A DNA stretch of 32,000 nt from Nitrososphaera viennensis EN76 (GTDB taxonomy: Archaea > Thermoproteota > Nitrososphaeria > Nitrososphaerales > Nitrososphaeraceae): contig NZ_CP007536.1 of assembly GCF_000698785.1 (NCBI RefSeq), positions 960,001 to 992,000 of the forward strand. The letters run 5' to 3'. Each line of letters starts with the position of its first letter. The first letter of the stretch is position 1. Under the pieces are notes generated by a model. It saw only the letters and a list, made by a program, of their open reading frames with translations, was not told the DNA's origin and did not search any database. The translations under genes were made by a program, and so were the position numbers. This document shows, one piece after another, positions 13,657-22,890 of the stretch.

Positions 13657-13684
13657 TACGTGCGTGTGTGCGTGTGTGTATGTG
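13657..13684. repeat. 28-nt perfect alternating pyrimidine-purine (TG/CG/TA) tract
   Basis: TACGTGCGTGTGTGCGTGTGTGTATGTG lies in the 526-bp amoC/polyprenyl-synthase divergent intergenic region. Confidence 0.9.
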
Positions 13685-13939
13685 GGTCATGCCTCCATGC
13701 CAGCTCCGTTTGTTTTGAGGAGTTGCGTCGATCTTGCGCCAGAGCAGGACAGCATATCCCATACGACGTCTGCCATATGCTACAGACAGGGCGGATCAAG
13801 CAGGCAAGCAAGCCGAATGGAAGAAGGTTTTCCAAGCATCTTTTTCCCATACTCTGAATGTTATTGATATATCCGTATTGATATGGTGATAAATTAATAT
13901 GGTCAACTAATCGGATCACCTCTGGGAAAGAGCTAGTTC

Positions 13940-14803
13940 TTGGGCAGGAGAAACATAGAGGCCAACCCGCTGACAGACCTTTGTGGCGACTACCTCGGTC
14001 GGATTGAAGAAGCGCTCAAGCGCGAGCTCGACTCTTATTCATGGTCAGAATTTCACGCGCCGTTGCGCTATGCCTGCGATGGCGGCAAGCGCATCAGGCC
14101 GCTCATCCTGGTTTTGTCTGCAGAGGCAATAAAGGGCAGGAAGGCAAACGGCGACGCGTACCTTGCCGCATCAGCAATCGAACTTTTGCACACCGAATCC
14201 ATAATACATGACGACATAATCGACGAGGAGCACACCCGCAGGGGCAAGCCGTCGTTCCACGTGAAATACGGCTACAACAGCAGCATCCTCACCGCGGATT
14301 TCGTGCTTGGAGTCATACTTTCCATCGGCTCGAAACTCAAGAACCCCCGCGTCCTCAACGAGCTGTCAAACGCCGCGACGCGCATGAGCGAAGGCGAGAT
14401 GATGGAGATAAGGCTGAACAAGTCGCCGGCGATAACCGAGGACGACTACATCAAGGTGCTCGACTACAAGACGGCGTCGCTGTTTGAGACGTCGGCCAAG
14501 ATAGGCGCGATACTGGGCGAGGGCACAGAGGAGCAGATCCACGCCATGACCACCTTTGGCCACCTGCTCGGAATCGCCTACCAGATCCACGACGACCTCA
14601 TTGACTGGAACGACGAGGACAAGCTGTTCAACATGCTGGTCAAGCAGAACGACAGGTCCAAGGACTTTATCGACAGGATGGAAAAGTTGTACCAGTCGTA
14701 CGCTGCAAAGGCCAAGGATGAACTGCTAAAGGTGGCGCCGGCAAACAGCGAGGTCATCAGGCACCTGGAATTGATGACGGACCTAGCATCGGTGCAGATC
14801 TAG
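13940..14803 (+). CDS. Polyprenyl diphosphate synthase (trans-IPPS, GGPP-synthase type; 287 aa, TTG start)
   Basis: The first Asp-rich motif is LLHTESIIHDDIIDEEHTRRGKPS and the second is GIAYQIHDDLID. GKRIRP is in the expected position. Confidence 0.9.
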   Translation: MGRRNIEANPLTDLCGDYLGRIEEALKRELDSYSWSEFHAPLRYACDGGKRIRPLILVLSAEAIKGRKANGDAYLAASAIELLHTESIIHDDIIDEEHTRRGKPSFHVKYGYNSSILTADFVLGVILSIGSKLKNPRVLNELSNAATRMSEGEMMEIRLNKSPAITEDDYIKVLDYKTASLFETSAKIGAILGEGTEEQIHAMTTFGHLLGIAYQIHDDLIDWNDEDKLFNMLVKQNDRSKDFIDRMEKLYQSYAAKAKDELLKVAPANSEVIRHLELMTDLASVQI

Positions 14804-14950
14804 TCAAGCAGTTTTTCACGGCCACACATAGCTCTACAAGAAGACGAGATTATTTTTCAGAGTACTGCTTGCTTGCAATGTGTTGTTCTAGTGGTGTGGT
14901 CGTTGTAGTGATTAACGACCAGGACGCACAACTGCTTCCGTGGCGGCGTC

Positions 14951-16462
14951 TCAATGCAGCGGGCCGGCCGGGATGCCAGAGATAAAGCTGAGGTCAGGCA
15001 CCGCCTTTGAAGCAAAGTCGATGAGGGGCGCGTGCCAGATGCCAAAGCCCACCATGAACACCACGGCGAACACCAGCACCGCTATCATGGCCCTGGGCTC
15101 CTTTACCCGCTTCATGTCCGGCGACTCCTCCATGTACATCTTTCTCATTATCCAGGCATAGTAGCCAAGCGAGAGCGCGCTGTTGAGGACGCCTGCGATT
15201 GCAAGCCACGGGCCCCAGTCTACCACTGGGCCGGTGTTTATAGCTGCGCCAAAGAGCATCAGCTTGCTCCAGAACCCGTTGAGCGGAGGCACGCCTGCAA
15301 GGGCGAGTAGCGCGATTGAAAACGTGGCGGCAGTTATCGGCATGCGCCTTCCAAGGCCGCGGTACTTTTCAAGGCTATAGCTGGCAAGCGTTATCGCCAC
15401 AGCCGCGACGGCGATGAAACCTGCCGACTTCATGACGGCGTGGTTGATGATGTGGAACAGCGAGCCGGCAAGCGCCTGGTCGGAGTATGGCGCCAGCGCG
15501 ATGCCTATCATGATGTAGCCTGCCTGGGCTATTGACGAGTAGGCAAGCATCCTCGGCACGCTCCTCTGCATTATGGCGCCGAGGTTTCCAATCGTCATGG
15601 TAAAGACTGCAAGTATCGCAAGGGTGAGCGCCCAGTCGGCGTTGAGCGCAAACATGCCAAGGACCACCACGCGAAGGGCTGCTGCAAAGCCGGCCTTCTT
15701 GGTGCCTGACGCAAGCAGGCCGCCGATGGTTGCAGGCGAGCCCTCGTAGGCGTCTGGGAGCCACATGTGGAACGGGACGAGGCCCATCTTGAATCCAAAG
15801 CCGGCGATAAAGAGCGCGATTGCGAGCAGGCCTACAGGCATCATCGACGGGTCGAGGCTGGTCAGCGCCTTTACAGAGTCGCCGATGTTTGTGGTGCCAG
15901 TCATGCCGTAGACTAGGCCTATTGCAAAGACTATGAGCGCCGACGACAGCGCGCCGAACATGAAATACTTTATTGCAGCCTCGTTTGACACCGGGTCGCG
16001 TTTCTGGAAGCCTGCAAGGGCGTACGTCGGCAACGACATCAATTCCCACGCGACCAGGAGCATCACGAGGTCTGTCGAGTAGGCAATGAGCACCATGCCG
16101 ATGCTTGAAAGCAGGATCAGCGAGTAGTACGCCGCCGGGTTTGACCTGCCCTTCCAGTAGTTCCACGACGACGCTGTCATCATGAGAGACACGAGCAGCA
16201 GCGCGACTGCAAAGAACGAGCCGAACAGGTCGTCCGTGAGCACGTCCTGCCCGAACGCGACTGCAGGGAGCACCTCGCCGGAGAACACGCGGAATATCAC
16301 GATCCCCATGGCGACGATTAGCGCGCCAAACGCGATTGCGCTGTACACCTTGTTGCGGTCGACGCCCTTTTCGCGCCTTCCGGCGTCGATGGCGGGTATG
16401 GCCAGGCCTACCACGCCCAGTATTACCGTCACCAGTATTGGCGTTGAGAGCAGGTCTACCAT
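14951..16462 (-). CDS. nuoN: NADH-quinone oxidoreductase (complex I) subunit N
   Basis: 503-aa polytopic antiporter-like subunit with LVAWELMSLPTYALAGFQKRDPVSNEAAIKYFMFGALSS. It is the last gene of the nuo operon. Confidence 0.9.
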   Translation of the reverse strand: MVDLLSTPILVTVILGVVGLAIPAIDAGRREKGVDRNKVYSAIAFGALIVAMGIVIFRVFSGEVLPAVAFGQDVLTDDLFGSFFAVALLLVSLMMTASSWNYWKGRSNPAAYYSLILLSSIGMVLIAYSTDLVMLLVAWELMSLPTYALAGFQKRDPVSNEAAIKYFMFGALSSALIVFAIGLVYGMTGTTNIGDSVKALTSLDPSMMPVGLLAIALFIAGFGFKMGLVPFHMWLPDAYEGSPATIGGLLASGTKKAGFAAALRVVVLGMFALNADWALTLAILAVFTMTIGNLGAIMQRSVPRMLAYSSIAQAGYIMIGIALAPYSDQALAGSLFHIINHAVMKSAGFIAVAAVAITLASYSLEKYRGLGRRMPITAATFSIALLALAGVPPLNGFWSKLMLFGAAINTGPVVDWGPWLAIAGVLNSALSLGYYAWIMRKMYMEESPDMKRVKEPRAMIAVLVFAVVFMVGFGIWHAPLIDFASKAVPDLSFISGIPAGPLH

Positions 16463-16478
16463 TTTTTCTCCATCTCCT

Positions 16479-18542
16479 TTACATCAGCAAGAGCATCACT
16501 ACTATCATGATGCCCACTGCGAACACGAACAGGTACGTCTGCGTGATGCCAGTCTGGCCGCTCTTGACTACCTTTGACATGCCGGCCATTGCGCCCTGGA
16601 ACGCAGGGTTGATGCCGTCGATTACCGTGCTTTCAAAGTAGCGCCAGATAAAGCGGTATATTGCAAGCGGCCCGATCACCCCTCCCCAGTAGAGGGCGGT
16701 GTTGAGGTACCACCTGTTGTAGAGGAACTTCCAGATGCCCCTCGTGATAATGTTGCGGCCAATTGCCTCCGGGTCTGCCTTCCTTGCAATGTAGAACACG
16801 TATCCAAGGCCTGCGCCCACCGCGAAGGCGCCCACTGACGCTATTGCCGCAGTCGGGTTGAGGTTGAGGAACACCCTGCCGGTCGCTTCGTGCTCTGGAG
16901 CGATTCCAAACGACTCGAGGAGGTACTCGCTGAGCAGGTGGTGCAGCTGCTCTTCAAACATGAATCCTATCACGCCGACTGCTATAGTCGCAACTGCCAG
17001 TATCGCAAAGGGCGCCCACATCACAGGGCCCACTTCGTGCACGTGGTGGCCCTTGTGCTCCATCTCTTCAAGGTGCTTGCTCTTGCTGCCAAAGAACGAC
17101 ATGCCTATCATCCTCATGGTGTAGAACGCCGTCATGACGGCGACTATGACCGCCATTGCAAACAGCGGCCACGAGTAGGCATAGCCGGATTCCAGTATCG
17201 AGGCAAATATCGCGTCCTTGCTCCAAAAGCCGGACGTAAAGAGCGGGGCGCCGGCAAGCGACAGCGCGGCAAGCATCATGAAAAGGTAGGTCTTTCTCAT
17301 GTCCTTTCGCAGGCCGCCCATGTCGGTCATAAAGCGCGACCCAACGCTGTGCAGCAGCGCTCCTGCGCCCATGAACAGCGACGCCTTGAACATGGCATGG
17401 CTCATCAGGTGGAAGAATCCCGCGGTGTAGCCGTCGGTAAAGTTGAGCGAGATGCCGGCGATGCCAAGGGCCATCATCATGTAGCCTATCTGCGAGCCGG
17501 TAGAGTAGGCAAGCACCTTCTTTATTTCCGGGCTCACCAGCGCCTGGGTTGCAAGCAGGAACGCCGTGATGGCGCCGGTCCACGCGACCACTTCAAAGAA
17601 CTGGCCCGTGTTGAGCGCGGAAAGCGCAAAGAACAGCGGCCCAAGCCTGGCGACCAGGAACACGCCGGCCTTTACCATCGTCGCTGCGTGTATGAGCGCC
17701 GAGACGGAGGTCGGGCCGGTCATGGCCTCAAGGAGCCACTCGTTTAGCGGGAACTGCGCAGACTTGCCCACCGCGCCTCCAAAGAGAAGAACGGCAGCAG
17801 GCACGAGCAGGTTCTGCTGCGACATGGCTGCCGCCCACGACTGGTCGGCGACAAGCTCCTTGAACCCAAAAGTGCCGGCGTAGGCAAATATCAGGAACAT
17901 GCCGGCAAGCATCATCACGTCTCCGGCCTTGGTCATCAGGAAGGCCTTCATGCCGGCGTGCGTAGGGGCGGTCCACATCGGGATTCCGCCTGCCATGTGG
18001 CCTTCTTTTCCGACATAGTCCTTCTTTTTGTCGTGGTACCAGAACCCGATGAGCGCATACGACGCAAGGCCGACTCCTTCCCACCCAAAGAAGACCATCA
18101 GCAGGTTGTCAGAGATGACTATGAGCTGCATCGAGCCGATGAAGAACAGCATGAAGAACCAGTACCTGGTGAGGTCCCGGTCGCCGTGCATGTAGCCAAG
18201 CGAATACACGAATATCAGAAACGCTATCCAGGCCACGATGTTGGTCATGGCTATGGCAAGCGGGTCGGCAAGGACGCCTGCCTTCAGGCCGAGCGCCGAG
18301 ACCCAGGTGATCTGGCTGTGCACTTCGTGGCCGGCAAGCGCCACCGGTATCAGGGTCGCGGCGGATACCGCGCTGGCAAGCGCAAAGCCTACCGCGATAT
18401 AGTCGCGGGCCTTCTTGCTCCCCTTGGCGATTGCAGGCATTATGGCCGCGCCTGCGAACGGGAGAATCCAGATCAGCCAGACGTTGATTGAATCAGCAAA
18501 CGATGTTGTTTCTACTACCATATTGTCAGGTTCCGCCTCCAT
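16479..18542 (-). CDS. nuoL: Complex I subunit L
   Basis: 687 aa with the GWEGVGLASYALIGFWY signature and the long C-terminal extension typical of NuoL. Confidence 0.9.
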   Translation of the reverse strand: MEAEPDNMVVETTSFADSINVWLIWILPFAGAAIMPAIAKGSKKARDYIAVGFALASAVSAATLIPVALAGHEVHSQITWVSALGLKAGVLADPLAIAMTNIVAWIAFLIFVYSLGYMHGDRDLTRYWFFMLFFIGSMQLIVISDNLLMVFFGWEGVGLASYALIGFWYHDKKKDYVGKEGHMAGGIPMWTAPTHAGMKAFLMTKAGDVMMLAGMFLIFAYAGTFGFKELVADQSWAAAMSQQNLLVPAAVLLFGGAVGKSAQFPLNEWLLEAMTGPTSVSALIHAATMVKAGVFLVARLGPLFFALSALNTGQFFEVVAWTGAITAFLLATQALVSPEIKKVLAYSTGSQIGYMMMALGIAGISLNFTDGYTAGFFHLMSHAMFKASLFMGAGALLHSVGSRFMTDMGGLRKDMRKTYLFMMLAALSLAGAPLFTSGFWSKDAIFASILESGYAYSWPLFAMAVIVAVMTAFYTMRMIGMSFFGSKSKHLEEMEHKGHHVHEVGPVMWAPFAILAVATIAVGVIGFMFEEQLHHLLSEYLLESFGIAPEHEATGRVFLNLNPTAAIASVGAFAVGAGLGYVFYIARKADPEAIGRNIITRGIWKFLYNRWYLNTALYWGGVIGPLAIYRFIWRYFESTVIDGINPAFQGAMAGMSKVVKSGQTGITQTYLFVFAVGIMIVVMLLLM

Positions 18543-20289
18543 TATGATTGCCAGCGGCGGTTGTTTGCGCAGAGACTCCTTCCTGCACCGGAACGCCGTC
18601 GTCAGACTCTTGCCCGAGGGCGACAGGCTCTATTGCTGCTGCAGAATGCGCAGGCAGAGGAAGCACGTTTTCGTGCCCGGCAAACATGCCCTGTATGTAG
18701 CCCGTTATCGGGTTGAGGAACAGGTCGGGCATTATGCCTATCGTAAGTGAAAGAGCCGCAAAGACCATCATCGTAACAGTGATGTACGGGCTTGCCTCCT
18801 TGACGTGCGCCATCTCTTCTGGGATTTTGCCAAAGAACACGCGCTTTAGCATCCACAGGATGTACGCAGATGTCAGTATCGTAGCCACGATGCCAAAGCC
18901 AAACATCGCCGCGCGGAACCAGTCGCCGTCATGGGCGGCAGTCTGCAGGACGCCGTTGAACATGGTCCACTCGGCCATAAAGCCGCTTGTGGGCGGGACG
19001 CCCATGATGGTGAGCGCGCCGATGAACGCAATGACTGCCGTGTAGGGCATCTTGCCTGCAAGGCCGCCCAGCTTTGACATGCTCCTTGTGCCGGTTTGCA
19101 GGATGATGGAACCGGCCATCATGAAGAGCACGGCTTTGCCGAGGCCGTGCGTTATGTATAGCATGGTCGCGCCGGAAATGCCAAGTATGCTCTCCGAGCC
19201 CAGGCCAAAGAGGATGTAGCCCATCTGGCTGATGGACGAATATGCGAGCACCTTTTTGATGTCGTCCTGCATCAGCGCCATGGCGCCTCCATATATCATG
19301 GTCGCAAGGCCCCACATGTTTATGTAGAGGCTGTACTGCTCGTAGCTTCCCGTCAGCAGTTCCATCCAGAGCCGGAGAAGGGCGTAGGCGCCGATGCCGA
19401 TCATTGCCGGCGAAAGCAGCGCGGATACAGGAGTGGGCGCTTCAGCGTGGGCGTACGGGAGCCAGATGTGAAGCAGGAACGCGGCAAGTTTCACGCCGAG
19501 GCCGGCCACGAGCCCAAAGACGATGAGCGCAAGCCACTGTTGCGGGATATTCCCGGCGTTGGCCTTTATCGTGTCAAAGTCATAGCCTCCTGCAAAGAAC
19601 CCCATCGCAAGGAGGCTCAGCAGCAGGACGACTGCGCCGACGTGGGTCCAGAAGAAGAACATCAGGGCTATCCTGCGCCTTGCGCCATAGCCGTAAAAGG
19701 CGACCAGGAAGAACGACGGCACGAGCATCAGTTCAAAGAACACGTAGAACTCGATCACGTTGGTCGCAAGGACCGTGCCGAGCATGCCCATAGAGAACGC
19801 GAGGTAGAGCGCAAAGTAGAGCCCCATCTGGCTGTTTACGTGCTGCTTTGCCTCTGGGCTCAGTTGCACGATGCTTGTCCCGCCGTGGCCGTGGCTTTCG
19901 TGCGATGACGAAGGAGAAGAGGAAGAGGAGCCTTCTGTTTTACCGTGTCCAGGCATGTCCTCCATTATCTTGTGGATCATGTACGGCTTGGAATAGATGG
20001 CAAGGACGGTGCACAAGATGTAGATGATTAATGCAAACGGCAGTGCAAGGCCGTCAAGCCTCAGGCCAAAGTCTCCAAACTGGCCCCACTTGTACGTCTC
20101 GACGTACGAGGTCGTGCCGCCGTGCAGGAGCATTGTCGGTATGAACAGCAGGCCGGTGGATACAGCAAGAGCGCCAAAGGAGAACCACGTGACGGCGGCG
20201 GCCCCTGCGCGCCTCCCGATCACGTACGCAACGGGCGCCATGAGGAGGGGTATAAAGGTCGCTGCCAACAGGAAATATGACTCTGCCAT
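18526..20289 (-). CDS. nuoM: Complex I subunit M (587 aa)
   Basis: The true ATG at 20289 gives MAESYFLLAATFIPLL... and the signature is FYVFFELMLVPSFFLVAFYG. The ORF-track N-terminal 126 codons overlap nuoK and are Arg-rich junk. The stop overlaps the nuoL start by 17 nt. Confidence 0.9.
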   Translation of the reverse strand: MAESYFLLAATFIPLLMAPVAYVIGRRAGAAAVTWFSFGALAVSTGLLFIPTMLLHGGTTSYVETYKWGQFGDFGLRLDGLALPFALIIYILCTVLAIYSKPYMIHKIMEDMPGHGKTEGSSSSSPSSSHESHGHGGTSIVQLSPEAKQHVNSQMGLYFALYLAFSMGMLGTVLATNVIEFYVFFELMLVPSFFLVAFYGYGARRRIALMFFFWTHVGAVVLLLSLLAMGFFAGGYDFDTIKANAGNIPQQWLALIVFGLVAGLGVKLAAFLLHIWLPYAHAEAPTPVSALLSPAMIGIGAYALLRLWMELLTGSYEQYSLYINMWGLATMIYGGAMALMQDDIKKVLAYSSISQMGYILFGLGSESILGISGATMLYITHGLGKAVLFMMAGSIILQTGTRSMSKLGGLAGKMPYTAVIAFIGALTIMGVPPTSGFMAEWTMFNGVLQTAAHDGDWFRAAMFGFGIVATILTSAYILWMLKRVFFGKIPEEMAHVKEASPYITVTMMVFAALSLTIGIMPDLFLNPITGYIQGMFAGHENVLPLPAHSAAAIEPVALGQESDDGVPVQEGVSAQTTAAGNHNGGGT

Positions 20290-20309
20290 CTTTCTTCTTC
20301 TCCCTCTCT

Positions 20310-20612
20310 CTATCCCCGCATGCTCCTGAATTCTGCGACGTCGATTTCCTTGTAGAGGCGGTACGCCACGATAACGAGGCCAAGGCCGATTGCTACTTCG
20401 GCCGCCGCGATCGCGATGGAAAAGAGCGCAAAGACCTGCCCCTGGACGTTGCCGGTCGACCTTGAAAATGCGACGACCACAAGGTTTGCAGCATTGACGA
20501 TTATCTCTATTGAAATCAGCATCCTTATCGCGTTGCGCTTGACCACGATGCCGTATATGCCGACGGCCACGAGCGCGACCGACACTATGAGGAAGTCTAT
20601 CAATTCGGTCAT
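20310..20612 (-). CDS. nuoK: Complex I subunit K
   Basis: 100 aa with three TM helices (MTELIDFLIVSVALVAVGIYGIVVKRNAIRMLISIEIIVNAANL). An ATGA overlap joins it to the nuoJ stop. Confidence 0.9.
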   Translation of the reverse strand: MTELIDFLIVSVALVAVGIYGIVVKRNAIRMLISIEIIVNAANLVVVAFSRSTGNVQGQVFALFSIAIAAAEVAIGLGLVIVAYRLYKEIDVAEFRSMRG

Positions 20613-21133
20613 TTTTGTTGCTCTTCCTCCTCTTCCTTCTCCACGCCCTCTCTGCGCGCAAGCGCAAGGGCCGCGATCACCGATCCAGCAAGCACGAGTC
20701 CAAGGACTATGAGCACCGGCGAGTAGTAGGTAAGCATCTCCTCGCCTATGGCCATAAAGTCGACTGGCGGCGCGGCGAAGCTGTTGGTGCTGTTCAGGCC
20801 GGAAGCCAAAAGCAGCGCGCCAAGGCCTCCCATTATGAACAGCATCAGCACGATGCCGCCTGCCTTTCGCCCCCTGTCCTCCTTTGTCGTAAAGAGTGCC
20901 TGCGTCCTGACAAGCATGACCGTGAATATCAAGAGCACCGCGACGGCGCCGACGTACACCGCGATCTGGAACATGGCTACAAACGGCGCGTCAAGCAGCA
21001 GGAAAAATCCTGCGATGCCGAGCATCGATATAGCGAGGCCTATTGCGCCGTAGATGAGCTCGCGCGTTTCAAGCGCGATGATGGCAGAACCGACAGTGAG
21101 CACTGCAAGGCCTATGAATACTGGATCAGCCAT
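20609..21133 (-). CDS. nuoJ: Complex I subunit J
   Basis: MADPVFIGLAVLTVGSAIIALETRELIYGAIGLAISMLGIAGFFLLLDAPFVAMFQIAVYVGAV. The ATG at 21133 overlaps the nuoI stop (ATGGCTGA). Confidence 0.9.
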   Translation of the reverse strand: MADPVFIGLAVLTVGSAIIALETRELIYGAIGLAISMLGIAGFFLLLDAPFVAMFQIAVYVGAVAVLLIFTVMLVRTQALFTTKEDRGRKAGGIVLMLFIMGGLGALLLASGLNSTNSFAAPPVDFMAIGEEMLTYYSPVLIVLGLVLAGSVIAALALARREGVEKEEEEEQQK

Positions 21134-21626
21134 GCGTGGCACCCCTGTCGGTTATCTTGATTTCAATGTCGCCGTCGTACTTTGGCTTGACTTCGAGCTG
21201 CTGCGGCGTGTATATCAGGTGCTCTTTTGTAAAGCCAGAAAGCTCGTAATCGTTTGTCATGAATAGAGCGTAAAACGGGCAGGCGTCGACGCATAATCCA
21301 CAAAATACGCACTTGCCATAGTCGATCTGAGGCATGATGCTCTTTTTGTTCTGCTTCCAGTTCTCGTCAACCTTGACCATTCCGATGGCCTCCGCGATGC
21401 CCTCGCACGCAATGGCGCAGAGCTGGCAGCCTGTGCACTTGTCGTGCATCAGGATGTGGCGTCCCCTGTATCCTGCGATGCCGACTCCGCGCTTTGGATC
21501 AAACTGGTATCCGTCGCCCACAAAGCGGAGCTTTTGCTCGGGGTATCTGAAAGTAAAGCGCCTTATCACAAGGTGCTTTGATCCCGACTCGATTGCCTTG
21601 ATAAACCCGGAAGCCGTGCCGCTCAT
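21126..21626 (-). CDS. nuoI: Complex I subunit I (2x[4Fe-4S] ferredoxin-type; 166 aa)
   Basis: The true ATG at 21626 overlaps the nuoH stop (ATGA). The two cluster motifs are CTGCQLCAIAC and CVFCGLCVDACP. Confidence 0.9.
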   Translation of the reverse strand: MSGTASGFIKAIESGSKHLVIRRFTFRYPEQKLRFVGDGYQFDPKRGVGIAGYRGRHILMHDKCTGCQLCAIACEGIAEAIGMVKVDENWKQNKKSIMPQIDYGKCVFCGLCVDACPFYALFMTNDYELSGFTKEHLIYTPQQLEVKPKYDGDIEIKITDRGATHG

Positions 21627-22888
21627 CTTACCAGGAGCCCCTCCGGACCAAGTATGCCGCCATATATTAGTGCAAGGGCAACGAACATGTTGATGAACGA
21701 GAGCACGATCAGCTTGTACCAGCCTGTGTGCAGCAGTATGTCTATCCTGATTCTGGGGCTGATGCCTCTCGGCAGAAGCATGAGCAGTATCACGCCAAAG
21801 GTCTTGAGCGTGAACCAGACTATGGCCGAAAGCGTGACAGGGTTGTAGATCTTTTCTCCAGTGTAGCCTGGGATTATCTCTTGCGGGAATATCACCGGGC
21901 CGGCCCAGCCGCCGAGGAACAGGACGACAAAGAGCGCGGCAAGCGCGTACGTCTTTAGATACGAGCCCAGCTGGATGAGGCCATAGATCATGCCCGAAGT
22001 CTCGGTGATCCATCCTGCCACGATCTCGGACTCGGCCTCCGGCAGGTCGAAGGGGATCCTTTCAAGCTCTGCCAGCGACGAGATGTAGAACACGAACGCG
22101 CTTATGGGCAGGAAAAAGATGTACCAGTATGACGAGATCTGGGCGTCGACAATGCCCGTCAGGTTGAGCGTGCCGGCAAGAATGACAACCGATAGCGCGG
22201 ATATTATGAACGGGATTTCAAACGCGATTATCTGGTGCAGGGCGCGTAGTCCGCCGATGAACGGATACTTGCTGTTTGACGCCCACGAGAACAAGAGCGC
22301 AATGAGCGGGAAGAACCCGAGTATCGCAAAGACTGCAAGCAGGCCCACGTCGACATTGGCCACCACCCAGCCGGGCGCAACTGGAATAAGGGCAGTAACG
22401 GCAGCCGCGGTCGAGACGAACGCTATTGGCGCGGCCCAGAATATCGGCTTGTCTGCTCCGGAGGGAACAATTATCTCCTTGGATATCAGCTTCAGGCCGT
22501 CTGCAATGAGCTGAAGCCAGCCCTCTATCTTGCCCACGTAAAGAGGGCCGTACCTGAGCTGCATCTTGGCGAGGAACTTGCGCTCCACAAAGATGGTCAC
22601 CGCTGCAAAGAGTGCTGCATAGGTGAACCCGGGGAACGCCGCCACGCGGAACAGATCCGTATGTATCATGTACTTGACTATCGGGATGGTGCGGGTCGGG
22701 TCTGCCACCATTGTCAGGAACAGGTACGGGGTAAGCGGCTCGTCGCCAAGCGGAGGGAGCGGCACGTAGAACAGCACCACGAACAGGAGCGGGAGCCCCA
22801 CGAGGGAGAATATGATGAGTATCCAGAACACAAGCCACAGGACGCTTCCGATGAACTCGCCAAAGCGGAACGATTCTGTGTACGACAT
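21623..22888 (-). CDS. nuoH: Complex I subunit H (421 aa, N-terminally extended)
   Basis: VERKFLAKMQLRYGPLYVG and PFDLPEAESEIVAGW are NuoH signatures. Confidence 0.9.
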   Translation of the reverse strand: MSYTESFRFGEFIGSVLWLVFWILIIFSLVGLPLLFVVLFYVPLPPLGDEPLTPYLFLTMVADPTRTIPIVKYMIHTDLFRVAAFPGFTYAALFAAVTIFVERKFLAKMQLRYGPLYVGKIEGWLQLIADGLKLISKEIIVPSGADKPIFWAAPIAFVSTAAAVTALIPVAPGWVVANVDVGLLAVFAILGFFPLIALLFSWASNSKYPFIGGLRALHQIIAFEIPFIISALSVVILAGTLNLTGIVDAQISSYWYIFFLPISAFVFYISSLAELERIPFDLPEAESEIVAGWITETSGMIYGLIQLGSYLKTYALAALFVVLFLGGWAGPVIFPQEIIPGYTGEKIYNPVTLSAIVWFTLKTFGVILLMLLPRGISPRIRIDILLHTGWYKLIVLSFINMFVALALIYGGILGPEGLLVR

Positions 22889-22890
22889 TC

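Noticed and set aside
13564-13919. Four 62-97 aa ORFs on both strands in the amoC/polyprenyl-synthase spacer
   Set aside because: They overlap one another, include the alternating TG/CG tract translated as VCVCVC, and have no motifs. The spacer is more likely regulatory. It contains TATTGATAT twice (13862..13870 and 13876..13884) and AT-rich boxes ahead of 13940, which are too short to call.
18526-20667. N-terminal extensions of ORF-track entries for nuoM (713 aa), nuoI (295 aa), nuoC (253 aa), amoC (221 aa), GGR (414 aa) and pmbA (454 aa)
   Set aside because: The extensions overlap the preceding genes and are compositionally junk (e.g. MRLRAERAWRRKRRK...). Each is followed by an internal ATG positioned exactly at the upstream gene's stop and giving a canonical N-terminus.
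15375-21160. Many long plus- and minus-strand ORFs overlapping the nuo genes (e.g. 15375..16166, 16890..17747, 17068..17583, 17958..18491, 19447..19908, 20615..21160, 22218..22838, 24310..24883)
   Set aside because: Their products are Arg/His/Pro/Gly-rich with no recognisable motifs. They lie antisense or out of frame to strongly supported complex I genes. Long spurious ORFs of this kind are expected in GC-rich coding DNA.
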